Origin: Acidimicrobiales bacterium | GTDB lineage: Bacteria > Actinomycetota > Acidimicrobiia > Acidimicrobiales > Aldehydirespiratoraceae | Assembly: GCA_029263195.1 (NCBI GenBank) | Contig: JAJCXX010000059.1 | Location: 15,166-79,165 of the forward strand | Direction: 5' to 3' | Length of the DNA: 64,000 bases | Shown: in pieces, positions 45,544-54,577 of the stretch | How the letters are laid out: every line of letters begins with the position of its first letter | Position numbering within the stretch: the stretch's first letter is position 1 | The notes under the pieces: generated by a model | Seen by the model: only the letters and a program-made list of their open reading frames with translations | What the model was told of the DNA's origin: nothing | The model's database searches: none | Made by a program: the position numbers and the translations under genes

Positions 45544-46422
45544 GTGCCAGACAAGGTGATGACCGAGGATGCTGTCGCCGCCGAGATCACAAGCGGCATG
45601 ACCATCGGAATCGGAGGATGGGGATCTCGTCGGAAGCCGATGTCGATGGTGAGATCGATTCTTCGCAGTGATGTCGACGATCTACACGTCGTGAGCTACG
45701 GCGGCCCCGACGTCGGCATTCTCTGCGCCGCCGGCAAGGTCCGCAAGGTCACCTACGGTTTCGTCTCGCTCGACTCGATTCCTCTGGAACCGCACTTCAG
45801 GGCAGCCCGACAGTCGGCGACGGTCGACTTCACCGAGCTCGACGAGGGAGCGTTCTACCTCGGGCTGATGGCGGCGGCGCATCGTGTGCCCTTCTATCCC
45901 ACTAGAGCCGGGCTCGGTTCGGCCATGCTCAGCGAGAATCCGGACCTGCGAACGGTGGTGTCGCCGTACGACGATGGTGAAGAACTTGTGGCCATTCCCG
46001 CACTCGAAATGGATGTTGCGCTCATCCACATGAACCGAGCCGACCGGGCCGGCAACGGTCAGTTTCTCGGACCTGATCTCTACTTCGACGACCTCTTCGC
46101 CATGGCCGGTCGACGAACCTACATGTCGGCCGAGAAGATCGTGCCCACCGAGCAGTTCCTAGCGGAGGGAAGTGTGCACACTATTCGCATTCCGCGGATC
46201 CACGTCGACGGCGTGGTGGAAGCTCCGATGGGAGCACACTTCACCGAGTGCCCGCCCGACTACGGCAGAGACGAGGCCTTTCAACGCGAGTACGCGGCCA
46301 CCGCCAAGGAAGCCGAGGCCTGGACTGACTTCCGAGCCCAGTGGCTCGACCTTCCCTCCCACGACGCCTACCGACAGAAGCTCCTCGAGCGGTCGAATAC
46401 CGCCGAGAGCAGGACGCCATGA
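45544..46422 (+). CDS. CoA-transferase subunit A (glutaconate-CoA-transferase family; IpdA-like size and organisation)
   Basis: 292 aa with the subunit-A motif GIGGWGSRRKP. It overlaps subunit B by ATGA. Confidence 0.75.
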   Translation: MPDKVMTEDAVAAEITSGMTIGIGGWGSRRKPMSMVRSILRSDVDDLHVVSYGGPDVGILCAAGKVRKVTYGFVSLDSIPLEPHFRAARQSATVDFTELDEGAFYLGLMAAAHRVPFYPTRAGLGSAMLSENPDLRTVVSPYDDGEELVAIPALEMDVALIHMNRADRAGNGQFLGPDLYFDDLFAMAGRRTYMSAEKIVPTEQFLAEGSVHTIRIPRIHVDGVVEAPMGAHFTECPPDYGRDEAFQREYAATAKEAEAWTDFRAQWLDLPSHDAYRQKLLERSNTAESRTP

Positions 46423-47180
46423 CGCCCGACGATCCGGCCACCATCGATGAGATCTGCATCACTGCTCTCGCCGAGGCCTTCCGAGGCGATGGCGAGGTGC
46501 TCTGCAATCCCATGGGGCCGGTGCCGGTGATCGCTGGCCGGCTCGCCCGCGCCACCTTCGAACCCGACCTGATGCTGACCGACACGATCGCCTACGCGGT
46601 ATCGGGGAATCTGCCGCTCGGTGGCGACCCGAGCGACTTCACGGTCGAGGCCTACATGCCGTTCCGGTCGGTGTTCGACCAGGTTTGGTCGGGGAAGCGC
46701 CACGTGGTGATGGGAGCCAGCCAGATCGATCGTCATGGCAACCAGAACTTCGCGGCCATCGGCCCCTACCGAAAGCCCAAGGCTCAGCTTCTCGGTCTGC
46801 GTGGCGCCCCGGGAAACCTCATCAACCATGCCACCACGTATTGGGTACCAAATCAGGCTCGGGCCTTCGCGACGACGGTGGATGTCGTGTCGGGACCCGG
46901 ATACGACAAGTTGGCCGAACTCGGTGACTCGGCCAGGTTCTTCGAGATCCGTCGGGTCGTCACGAACCTCGGTGCCTACGACTTCGAGACCGCCGACCAC
47001 ACGATGCGACTCCGGTCGGTTCATCCGGGAGTCGAAATCGATCGAATCGTGGAGGCCACACCGTTCGATCTGACGATCCCCGCCGATGTTCCCCTGAGCC
47101 GACTCCCGGACGCCGAAGACCTCAGACTTATTCGCGAGGTGTTCGATCGGAACGGCGTGCGCAAGAGCGAGTTCCGGTGA
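46419..47180 (+). CDS. CoA-transferase subunit B (IpdB-like)
   Basis: The start is the ATG at 46419 (M27 of the track ORF). It is about 253 aa with subunit-B topology, overlaps the upstream gene by 4 nt, and overlaps the next gene by GTGA. Confidence 0.7.
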   Translation: MTPDDPATIDEICITALAEAFRGDGEVLCNPMGPVPVIAGRLARATFEPDLMLTDTIAYAVSGNLPLGGDPSDFTVEAYMPFRSVFDQVWSGKRHVVMGASQIDRHGNQNFAAIGPYRKPKAQLLGLRGAPGNLINHATTYWVPNQARAFATTVDVVSGPGYDKLAELGDSARFFEIRRVVTNLGAYDFETADHTMRLRSVHPGVEIDRIVEATPFDLTIPADVPLSRLPDAEDLRLIREVFDRNGVRKSEFR

Positions 47181-48349
47181 TCGATCTCGACCTCTCGCCT
47201 CGCTACGAGGCGTTTCGCGACGAATGCAGGACCTGGTTGCTCGACAACAAGCCCGACCGGGCCCTCGAATCGATGGATACGCCCGGCGGATTCGAACAAC
47301 ACCGTGAGTGGGAGAGGGTCCTGTTCGATGGCGGCTGGTCGGTTCCGGCGTGGCCCGCCGTCTACGGCGGGCGGGACTGCGACCTGATGGAGTGGCTCAT
47401 CTACGAAGAGGAGTATTGGTCCTCGGGCGTGCCGGGTCGGGTGAGCGCCAACGGGGTGAGCCTGCTCGCCCCCACGATCTTCAACTTCGGAACCACCGAG
47501 CAGCGGGACCATTTCCTGCCGCGCATGGCGGCCGGCACCGACATCTGGGCCCAGGGCTGGTCCGAACCTGATGCCGGAAGCGATCTGGCCGCAATCAAGA
47601 CCCGGGCGATTCGAGATGGTGATCAATTCGTGATCAACGGCCAGAAGACTTGGTGCTCCCGGGGGGCGTGGGCCGACTGGATCTTCTGCATTGTGAGAAC
47701 CGACGCCGACGCGGAACGGCACCGTGGCCTGACCTACCTGCTCGTGCCCGCCGACGCCCCTGGACTCGAACGTCGACCGATCGGTCGACTCGACGGTGAG
47801 CCCGGGTTTGCCGAGATCTTCTTCGATGATTGTCGGGTCTCGGTCGACAATGCCCTCGGGGAGGAAGGCCAGGGGTGGGCGGTGGCGATGGCGGCCGCCG
47901 GATCCGAGCGAGGACTCAACCTTCGCAGCCCCGGCCGCTTCATGGCAGCCGCGGAGAGATTGAGGGTTCTGGCGACGGAACTCCAGAGTTCGGGTGATCG
48001 GATCGACTGCCGGCTCCGCGACGAGGTGACCGATGCGTGGATCCGGTCCGAGGCCTACCGCTGGCAGACCTATTTCACCGCTTCCAGACTGATGGAGGGC
48101 GATGAGCTCGGCTCGGAGGCCAGCCTGATGAAGGTCTTCTGGTCTGAGATGGACCTCGAACTGCACGCCACGGCCATGAGACTTCTGGGTGATCGGGGCG
48201 AACTGGCTCCCGACGCCCCCGACTCGGTCGACCGGGGCGCATGGCTCGACGGCTACGTCTTCGCTCTATCCGGCCCGATCTACGCCGGGACCAATGAGAT
48301 TCAACGCAACATCATCGCCGAGCGGGTTCTCGGCCTTCCCCGGCGGTAG
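47177..48349 (+). CDS. acyl-CoA dehydrogenase
   Basis: 390 aa with a GTG start and ACAD N/M/C domains (…GQKTWCSRGAW…GTNEIQRNIIA). Confidence 0.8.
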   Translation: MIDLDLSPRYEAFRDECRTWLLDNKPDRALESMDTPGGFEQHREWERVLFDGGWSVPAWPAVYGGRDCDLMEWLIYEEEYWSSGVPGRVSANGVSLLAPTIFNFGTTEQRDHFLPRMAAGTDIWAQGWSEPDAGSDLAAIKTRAIRDGDQFVINGQKTWCSRGAWADWIFCIVRTDADAERHRGLTYLLVPADAPGLERRPIGRLDGEPGFAEIFFDDCRVSVDNALGEEGQGWAVAMAAAGSERGLNLRSPGRFMAAAERLRVLATELQSSGDRIDCRLRDEVTDAWIRSEAYRWQTYFTASRLMEGDELGSEASLMKVFWSEMDLELHATAMRLLGDRGELAPDAPDSVDRGAWLDGYVFALSGPIYAGTNEIQRNIIAERVLGLPRR

Positions 48350-48353
48350 TGGC

Positions 48354-49352
48354 ATGAGATTCAGCTTCAGCGCAGAACAGGACATGTTTCGCGACACAGT
48401 GCGCGACCTGTTGGCCGACAGGTGTTCCCCCGGTGCAATTCGAGCCAGCTGGGACGAGGATGGCCGTGTGGCGGGGTTGTGGGCAGCGCTCGGTGAGGTC
48501 GGTCTGACGGCGGTGCTGGCCCCCGAGTCGGTCGGTGGGCTGGCCATGAAGGAGATCGATCTGGTTCGGCCGATAGAGGAAGTCGGATACGCGGGTGTTC
48601 CCGAGCCTTTGGCCGAGCATGCCGGTGTGGCGGTGCCGGCCCTCGCCGAAGGAGGTTCGCCCGGCCTGGCCGAAGCGGCGGCAGCGGGTGAGATCACCTG
48701 CTCGATCGGACTCGGGGCGGGCGGCCGCTACGTGCTCGCCGCCGAGATCGCCGACCTGCTGGTGATGGAACGCTCAGGAGAGCTGTACGCCGTGCCGTCG
48801 GGTGTGATCACTCTCACACCTCAGCCGTCTGTGGATCAGAGCCGCCGTCTCTGTGAGGTCGACTTCGATGTCGCTGACGCCACCCCATTGGTCGGCGCCG
48901 ACCCCGGCGTGGCCTCCGATCGGGCCGTGCTGTTCGCGGCAGCGCAATGCCTGGGAGTTGCCAGGAGGCTTCTCGATGCCACGGTGGAATACGTCGGGAC
49001 TCGCCACCAGTTCGGCAAGCCCGTCGGCAGCTACCAAGCGGTGAAACACCAGTTGTCCGACGTGAGAATCGCCACGGAGTTCGCGGCTCCGCTCGTGTAC
49101 CGAGCGGCGTGGTCGATCGCTGCTGAATCAACGACGACGCTCGATCGTCGGCGCGATGTATCGATGGCCAAGGCGGTGGCGTCGGATGCCGTTGATCGGG
49201 CTTGTCGGGTCGCACTGCAGTGCCACGGAGCGATCGGCTACACGATCGAGTACGACCTGCAGCTGTGGCTCAAAAGGGGCTGGGCTCTGTCGTCGGCATG
49301 GGGAGATGCCCGCTTCCACAGAGACCGGGTTTCCGAATCTCTGGGAATCTGA
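48354..49352 (+). CDS. acyl-CoA dehydrogenase family protein, probable non-catalytic partner subunit
   Basis: The start is the ATG at 48354 (M56 of the track ORF), giving about 332 aa. The ACAD fold is present, but the C-terminus lacks the Y-E/A-G-T catalytic-base region. It lies 4 nt after the preceding ACAD. Confidence 0.7.
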   Translation: MRFSFSAEQDMFRDTVRDLLADRCSPGAIRASWDEDGRVAGLWAALGEVGLTAVLAPESVGGLAMKEIDLVRPIEEVGYAGVPEPLAEHAGVAVPALAEGGSPGLAEAAAAGEITCSIGLGAGGRYVLAAEIADLLVMERSGELYAVPSGVITLTPQPSVDQSRRLCEVDFDVADATPLVGADPGVASDRAVLFAAAQCLGVARRLLDATVEYVGTRHQFGKPVGSYQAVKHQLSDVRIATEFAAPLVYRAAWSIAAESTTTLDRRRDVSMAKAVASDAVDRACRVALQCHGAIGYTIEYDLQLWLKRGWALSSAWGDARFHRDRVSESLGI

Positions 49353-49359
49353 CCGAACG

Positions 49360-50229
49360 TCAGAAGTAGACCTGTATGAACTCGACCACTCGTTCGGCGG
49401 TGAGACATCCGTTTGACTGGATTGTGACGAGTGCATCCAACAGCGCCGGGGTGAATGGAACCTCCCCGGCGACGGCCTGGGTGAGGAAGTCGACCGAGAA
49501 GCCCGCCAGAAGGGGTGCGGCACACTTCGCCTCTTCAATGGTCATTCCGGCCGCGACGAGGGCGTTGCGAATCGATCGGTCGCAGTCTGAGGAAGTAGTG
49601 GCAGGGGCAACCGCTCCCGGGGCCACGAAGCGGAACAGGAACGTGGCGGCCTCGGCTCGCGTGACCAGACCATTGGGGTTGAAGGTGGTGGGCGACGTGC
49701 CGGTCGTGATGTCGTGTGCCTTCATCCAGGAGATCGCGGCATGTTGATACCCGGCGGTCACGTCGGTGAACGGATGCTGGGGGTCGCCGAGTGGTTGCTC
49801 GGCGTAGCGCCACAGCAAGGTTGCGAAATCGCCCCTCGTTATGGGCGCCTCGGGCTCGTACGTGGTGGGTGAGGTGCCGGTCGTGATGTTGGACGCAGCC
49901 ATCCAGCCGACCGGCCCGATCTGGTAGGAGGCCGTGACATCGTCAAAGGGGTTCTCTCCAGCGATCGGGTTGTTCCCGAGCGACAGGTCGAGACGGAAGA
50001 GGAACGCCGCCACCTGACCTCTGGTGACACTGTCGGATGGGCCGAAGCATCCCCGTTCGAGTCCGGTTGTGATTCCGGCCTCGACCAGCCACGCGATCGG
50101 AGTGGTGAAGTAGGTGTCTTCCGGAACATCGCCAAACCCGCTGGTGGTGCCGGCGGACGCGGGAGTGGCCGAAAGGATCACCGCTGTGGCGACCAGAGCG
50201 GCCACGATGAGTTTGAGTCGCGCAAACAT
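49360..50229 (-). CDS. secreted SLH-domain protein (three SLH repeats plus Cys-containing C-terminal domain)
   Basis: 289 aa with a signal peptide (MFARLKLIVAALVATAVILSATPASA). It has three repeats of F(G/D/T)DV…(A/G)W(L/M)…(I/D)TTG…VTR(G/A)…A(A/T)FLFR, followed by an approximately 90-aa C-terminal domain containing four Cys. Confidence 0.7.
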   Translation of the reverse strand: MFARLKLIVAALVATAVILSATPASAGTTSGFGDVPEDTYFTTPIAWLVEAGITTGLERGCFGPSDSVTRGQVAAFLFRLDLSLGNNPIAGENPFDDVTASYQIGPVGWMAASNITTGTSPTTYEPEAPITRGDFATLLWRYAEQPLGDPQHPFTDVTAGYQHAAISWMKAHDITTGTSPTTFNPNGLVTRAEAATFLFRFVAPGAVAPATTSSDCDRSIRNALVAAGMTIEEAKCAAPLLAGFSVDFLTQAVAGEVPFTPALLDALVTIQSNGCLTAERVVEFIQVYF

Positions 50230-50349
50230 GTCGGAATCCTCGCAGGAGGGTTGAGATCACTGATTCGGTCGGGGCAGCGACCGGCGCAGCAGGCTAGCGG
50301 CATCAACGCCGGTGTCCCACGCAGCGGGTGTCGGCCTACGCTCCGTGGC

Positions 50350-51063
50350 ATGTCGACGAATCCTGAATCAGCGGCGCTGGCCGCCGAGTTGCGTTCGCTC
50401 GCAGCGTGTCTCCACGGCCATGAGGCCGGAGCGGAGGAACGCATGGAGGCTCTCGCTCACCTCCGGGCCGCCGGTGAGCTACTGGCCCGAGGCGACCAGC
50501 GGCTTCGATGGTACGAGGAGTCCGAACAGACGGAATCCACGAGGGCCCGCAACCGAGATCTGTCTCCCTTCAGTGGCGCACTGAATGCCGTGGCTCCGCA
50601 GCTCGAGTTCTCCATGGGCGAGCTCCAAGACGGACGGCCCGCTCTCATCGGGCGGGTGAAACTCGATCGACTCCGCGAAGGTCCGCCTCACACCACCCAC
50701 GGGGGAGTGGTGGCCGGGCTGTTCGATGAGATGCTCGGAGCCGCTCAACGGCTGACCGGAAGACCCGGCGGAGTGACCGGTCGGCTGGTGGTGAGGTTCC
50801 GCAAGCCGACCCCGCTCGGTGAGGATCTCGAGTTTCGATCCTGGGTCCACGACGACCGCCAACGGAGGCTGGTGATGCGAGCCGACTGCCGGGTCCACCG
50901 TTCCGAGGAATCGTCGGGCTCGACCCGTGAGTTGCTCACCGCTGAGGCCGAAGCTGTGTTTCTCCGCGTCGACTTCGCGGGAATGGAAAGGTCGATGCGA
51001 GGCCGAGCATCCGGGTCGGCTCCGGCCGCGGCACCTCCATCGACCGCGGACCCCTCTGCCTAG
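50350..51063 (+). CDS. PaaI/hotdog-fold thioesterase family protein
   Basis: The likely start is M34 (50350). HGGVVAGLFDEMLG is the PaaI-type active-site motif. It has an Ala/Pro-rich C-terminal tail. Confidence 0.65.
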   Translation: MSTNPESAALAAELRSLAACLHGHEAGAEERMEALAHLRAAGELLARGDQRLRWYEESEQTESTRARNRDLSPFSGALNAVAPQLEFSMGELQDGRPALIGRVKLDRLREGPPHTTHGGVVAGLFDEMLGAAQRLTGRPGGVTGRLVVRFRKPTPLGEDLEFRSWVHDDRQRRLVMRADCRVHRSEESSGSTRELLTAEAEAVFLRVDFAGMERSMRGRASGSAPAAAPPSTADPSA

Positions 51064-51075
51064 AATCGTCGAGCA

Positions 51076-51699
51076 ATGAGTCCAGCCGACCCCCACCAGC
51101 GCTTGTCGAATCCGATAGCGGACGCGCTCAGGTCGATCAACCGTGAGGTCGACGACGACGGCACGGCTCCGATGATCGTGTTTCTCTGCACCGGCAACGC
51201 TGCCCGGTCAGTGATGGCCGCGGCGATGCTCCGCCGGATCCTGGGAGAAGGGTCCGGCTTCATGATCTCCAGCGGCGGAACCCACGTTCTGCCCGGCCAG
51301 CCGATGAGCGTCCGCACTCGCAGAGCGCTTGATCGTCACGACTTGAAGGATCCGTGGCATCGCAGCCATCAGCTCGACGAACACGACGTGTCGCGCTCCA
51401 GCCTGATCCTGGCAATGGAACCCCTTCATCGGGTCTGGATGCAGAGAAGTCACCCCGACGGACTGCCCATCACAGCGAGCATCAATCGTGTGGTCGAACA
51501 CCTTGAGTCTGGCTCTGGCCCGCTGAGCCGAGAGGCCTTCGACGATCGGGTTGCGGCATTGGGTCTTGGCGACCATGTGATCGAGGACTGGGAAGAGATC
51601 ATGGATCCGGCCTCAGGCGACCAGGCCGTCTTTGATGCTTGCAGCGACGAGTTGTTCGAACTCGTGAGCAGCCTCGGTGCTGCCTTGTCGTGGCCTTGA
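51076..51699 (+). CDS. low-molecular-weight phosphatase family protein (LMW-PTP / ArsC-like CX5R P-loop)
   Basis: 207 aa with the P-loop VFLCTGNAARS (C-x5-R-S). Confidence 0.65.
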   Translation: MSPADPHQRLSNPIADALRSINREVDDDGTAPMIVFLCTGNAARSVMAAAMLRRILGEGSGFMISSGGTHVLPGQPMSVRTRRALDRHDLKDPWHRSHQLDEHDVSRSSLILAMEPLHRVWMQRSHPDGLPITASINRVVEHLESGSGPLSREAFDDRVAALGLGDHVIEDWEEIMDPASGDQAVFDACSDELFELVSSLGAALSWP

Positions 51700-51722
51700 C
51701 GAAACACCGTTCGGAGGGTTTC

Positions 51723-52370
51723 GTGCTGGCGGTAGCCGTGGGAATCGTGGGCGTCACCTTCGGCGTGTTGGCCGATGCCGCCGGGTTGTCGCTGGCGAAG
51801 GTCGTCGCCATGTCGGCTCTCGTGTTCACCGGGGCGTCGCAGTTCGCCGCGGTGAGCGTGATCGACGGAGGAGGGTCTGGAGCTGCCGCGGTTGGTTCGG
51901 CGATGCTTCTGGCCGCGCGCAACGCCCTCTACGGGCCGGTTGTGGCGCGAGGCCTGCCTCGCAGCACGGCCGGGCGTCTGCTGGGCGCCCAGTTCGTCAT
52001 CGACGAAACCACGGCCATGTCTTCTGTTCAGGACAACCCCGACGACGCCGGCGACGCGTTCTGGTGGACCGGCTTGTGGCTCTGGTCGTTCTGGGTCATT
52101 GGATCGGTCGGAGGGGCTCTGGTCGGATCGGTCCTGGGTGAGCCCGAGACATGGGGACTCGACGCGGCATTCCCGGCGGCCTTCGTGGCACTGATAATGC
52201 CCCATCTTCGTTCGTCGCCGGGACGATTCGCGGCCCTTGGCGGAGCCGGTCTGGCGATCGTGGCCATCCCGTTCACCCCGGCCGGAGTTCCACTTCTGGT
52301 GGCGGCCACGGCGGTCATCCCGGTTTCGATCATTGCGACCCGTGCCACCGGAAACGGCGTCCGGCCATGA
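51723..52370 (+). CDS. azlC: AzlC-family branched-chain amino acid exporter subunit
   Basis: The start is the GTG at 51723, with GGAGGG upstream. It has multiple TM helices and the AzlC motifs FTGASQFAAV and LLAARNALYG. It overlaps azlD by ATGA. Confidence 0.7.
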   Translation: MLAVAVGIVGVTFGVLADAAGLSLAKVVAMSALVFTGASQFAAVSVIDGGGSGAAAVGSAMLLAARNALYGPVVARGLPRSTAGRLLGAQFVIDETTAMSSVQDNPDDAGDAFWWTGLWLWSFWVIGSVGGALVGSVLGEPETWGLDAAFPAAFVALIMPHLRSSPGRFAALGGAGLAIVAIPFTPAGVPLLVAATAVIPVSIIATRATGNGVRP

Positions 52371-52681
52371 GCTGGCTCATGGTCTCTGTCCTGATCGCCG
52401 GTGCCTACGGCTTCAAGGTCCTCGGGGTGTTCGGACTGGCAGGCCATCGGACCGGCCGTGTCGCGAATCGGATGGCCGCGCTGACGGCTCTCATCCCGGC
52501 GGCCTTGTTCGCGGCGCTGATCGTCGTGCAGACGTTGGGCTCGGACCAGAGCATCAGCGTCGACGCTCGCCTAGGTGGGCTGCTGGCATCGGTGGTGGCG
52601 GTGAGCCGCAGAGCCCCGTTCGTGGTCGTGGTGGTGGTGGCCATGGCAGCCACGGCGACTTTGCGTGCTGTTGCCGGTTGA
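52367..52681 (+). CDS. azlD: AzlD-family small membrane protein
   Basis: 104 aa from M73 of the track ORF, with about 3 TM helices. It is the typical partner immediately downstream of azlC. Confidence 0.6.
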   Translation: MSWLMVSVLIAGAYGFKVLGVFGLAGHRTGRVANRMAALTALIPAALFAALIVVQTLGSDQSISVDARLGGLLASVVAVSRRAPFVVVVVVAMAATATLRAVAG

Positions 52682-52741
52682 ACCGAACGGGTGCGCATCT
52701 CTGGCAGACTTCGATTGATGTCCAACAGCGACCCGGCCTCG

Positions 52742-54010
52742 ATGAGCCCCTTCTCCCGATTGATCGTCACCGGCGGACAACCCCTCGAGGGTGTGGTGCG
52801 AGTCGGTGGAGCAAAGAACTCGGCTCTGAAGTTGATGGCGGCGGCTCTGTTGGCAGAGGGAACCTACCGTTTCTGCAACATCCCGCAGATCACTGATGTA
52901 GCGCTCATGGCCGACGTTCTACGAGCCACGGGATGCGCCGTCCGGTGGGAAGACGCCGATCCGACTCCCGACCTGATCATCGAGGTTCCCGCCGAGATCG
53001 AGCCGGTTGCCCCCTACGAACTGGTCGAGAAGTTCCGTGCGTCCATCGTTGTGCTCGGCCCGCTCCTTGGTCGATGCCATGAGGCTCGAGTGGCTCTTCC
53101 CGGTGGTGACGACTTTGGTCCCCGTCCGATCGACATGCACGTGAGCGGACTCCGTGAGCTTGGTGCGGAGTTCGAGACGGTCCACGGCTACATCCAGGCG
53201 ACCACCGATCGATTGGTCGGATCTCGGATCAAGCTCGACTTCCCGAGCGTTGGCGCCACCGAGAACATCTTGATGGCAGCGGTGCTGGCCGAAGGTGTCA
53301 CCGTGATCGAGAACGCGGCTCGCGAACCTGAGATCGCCGATCTTTGTGAGCTCCTCAACAAGATGGGGGCCAACGTGATCGGATCGGGGTCGCCGACCAT
53401 GACGATCGATGGGGTTGGTGAGATGCACGCCGCCGACCATTGCGTGATTCCCGATCGGGTGGAGACGGCCACCTATCTCGCTGCCGTTGGTACCACCGGC
53501 GGTGAGATCACCATCAAGGACGCCCGCCATGAGCACATGGCGATGCTCTGCGAGAAGCTCGGCGAGATGGGCATGCGAATCTCGAGCGATGCCGACGGGC
53601 TATGGGTCCTTGCTCCGACGCGGCTGCGTTCCGTCGATTGTCCGACTCTTCCGTATCCGGGTCTGGCCACCGATTTCATGCCCTTCCTCGTGGCTTTGCT
53701 GTCCACCACCGAAGGCGTGGGAATCGTCACCGAGAATCTGTTTGCCGGCCGCTTTCGATATGTCGACGAACTCCGGCGCATGGGTGCCGACATTCGCACC
53801 GACACCCACCACGCCGTGGTGCGCGGGGTCGATCGACTGTCCGGTGCGCCGGTGAAGGCCCACGACATTCGCGCGGGTGCCGCGCTCGTGGTCGCCGGCT
53901 TGGGCGCCGAGGGTTCCACGATCGTCTCCGACGCTCAACACATTGCCAGGGGCTACGAAGATCTCGCCGGAAAGCTCTCGGGTCTGGGCGCCGACGTCGT
54001 TGCCGAGTGA
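52742..54010 (+). CDS. murA: UDP-N-acetylglucosamine 1-carboxyvinyltransferase
   Basis: It has the MurA signature GGAKNSALKLMAA and the catalytic loop region. The start is M18 (52742), M10 (52718) or M1 (52691). Confidence 0.85.
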   Translation: MSPFSRLIVTGGQPLEGVVRVGGAKNSALKLMAAALLAEGTYRFCNIPQITDVALMADVLRATGCAVRWEDADPTPDLIIEVPAEIEPVAPYELVEKFRASIVVLGPLLGRCHEARVALPGGDDFGPRPIDMHVSGLRELGAEFETVHGYIQATTDRLVGSRIKLDFPSVGATENILMAAVLAEGVTVIENAAREPEIADLCELLNKMGANVIGSGSPTMTIDGVGEMHAADHCVIPDRVETATYLAAVGTTGGEITIKDARHEHMAMLCEKLGEMGMRISSDADGLWVLAPTRLRSVDCPTLPYPGLATDFMPFLVALLSTTEGVGIVTENLFAGRFRYVDELRRMGADIRTDTHHAVVRGVDRLSGAPVKAHDIRAGAALVVAGLGAEGSTIVSDAQHIARGYEDLAGKLSGLGADVVAE

Positions 54011-54037
54011 AAACGACTCGGCCGGTTGGCCAGAGTC

Positions 54038-54274
54038 TCAATCGTCTTCGAGCGGCACCGCAGCTTGGGCGTCGGCGATGGCTCGGGCTCGATTGCGGGC
54101 CACCAGCAGCAGAAGGCTGAATACGGCCAGCGGTATGCCCACCAGTGCCAGTTCGTCCCATCCACCCGCGTGGGCCAACATCACGGCTGTGACCGAAGCG
54201 CTTGCATCCACCGCCGCAGCATAGAGGTGGAATGCGCGGTGGAGGGTCGGCGTTGAGCCCATCAGCTGCGACAA
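54038..54274 (-). CDS. hypothetical small membrane protein
   Basis: 78 aa with a hydrophobic C-terminal helix (LALVGIPLAVFSLLLLVA). Third-position GC is only moderate, so this may be spurious. Confidence 0.3.
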   Translation of the reverse strand: MSQLMGSTPTLHRAFHLYAAAVDASASVTAVMLAHAGGWDELALVGIPLAVFSLLLLVARNRARAIADAQAAVPLEDD

Positions 54275-54316
54275 TGTCAGCCCGGGCCACTCCCGACAGA
54301 GCCCTCGGAGATCAAC

Positions 54317-54577
54317 GTGCGCGAGAAGGTCGAGAAGGTGATCGCAGTGATCCGGCCGGCGATTCAGGCCGACGCGGGCGACATCGAACTGATCGACGTG
54401 GACGAGACGACCGGTGTGGTGACTGTTGAGCTCCAGGGAGCCTGTGTGACCTGTCCAGCGTCCACCCAGACACTGAAGGCCGGCATAGAACGAATCATGA
54501 AGGACCGTGTCGATGGAGTCACAGAGGTGATCGAGATCAACTCCGTGGGGATGAGCGAGAGCCCTGTCAGCCTCTGA
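54317..54577 (+). CDS. NifU-like (Nfu-type) Fe-S cluster assembly protein
   Basis: 86 aa with a GTG start and a GGAG site 6 nt upstream. It has the NifU C-terminal-domain pattern with a CxxC pair (LQGACVTCPAS). Confidence 0.7.
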   Translation: MREKVEKVIAVIRPAIQADAGDIELIDVDETTGVVTVELQGACVTCPASTQTLKAGIERIMKDRVDGVTEVIEINSVGMSESPVSL

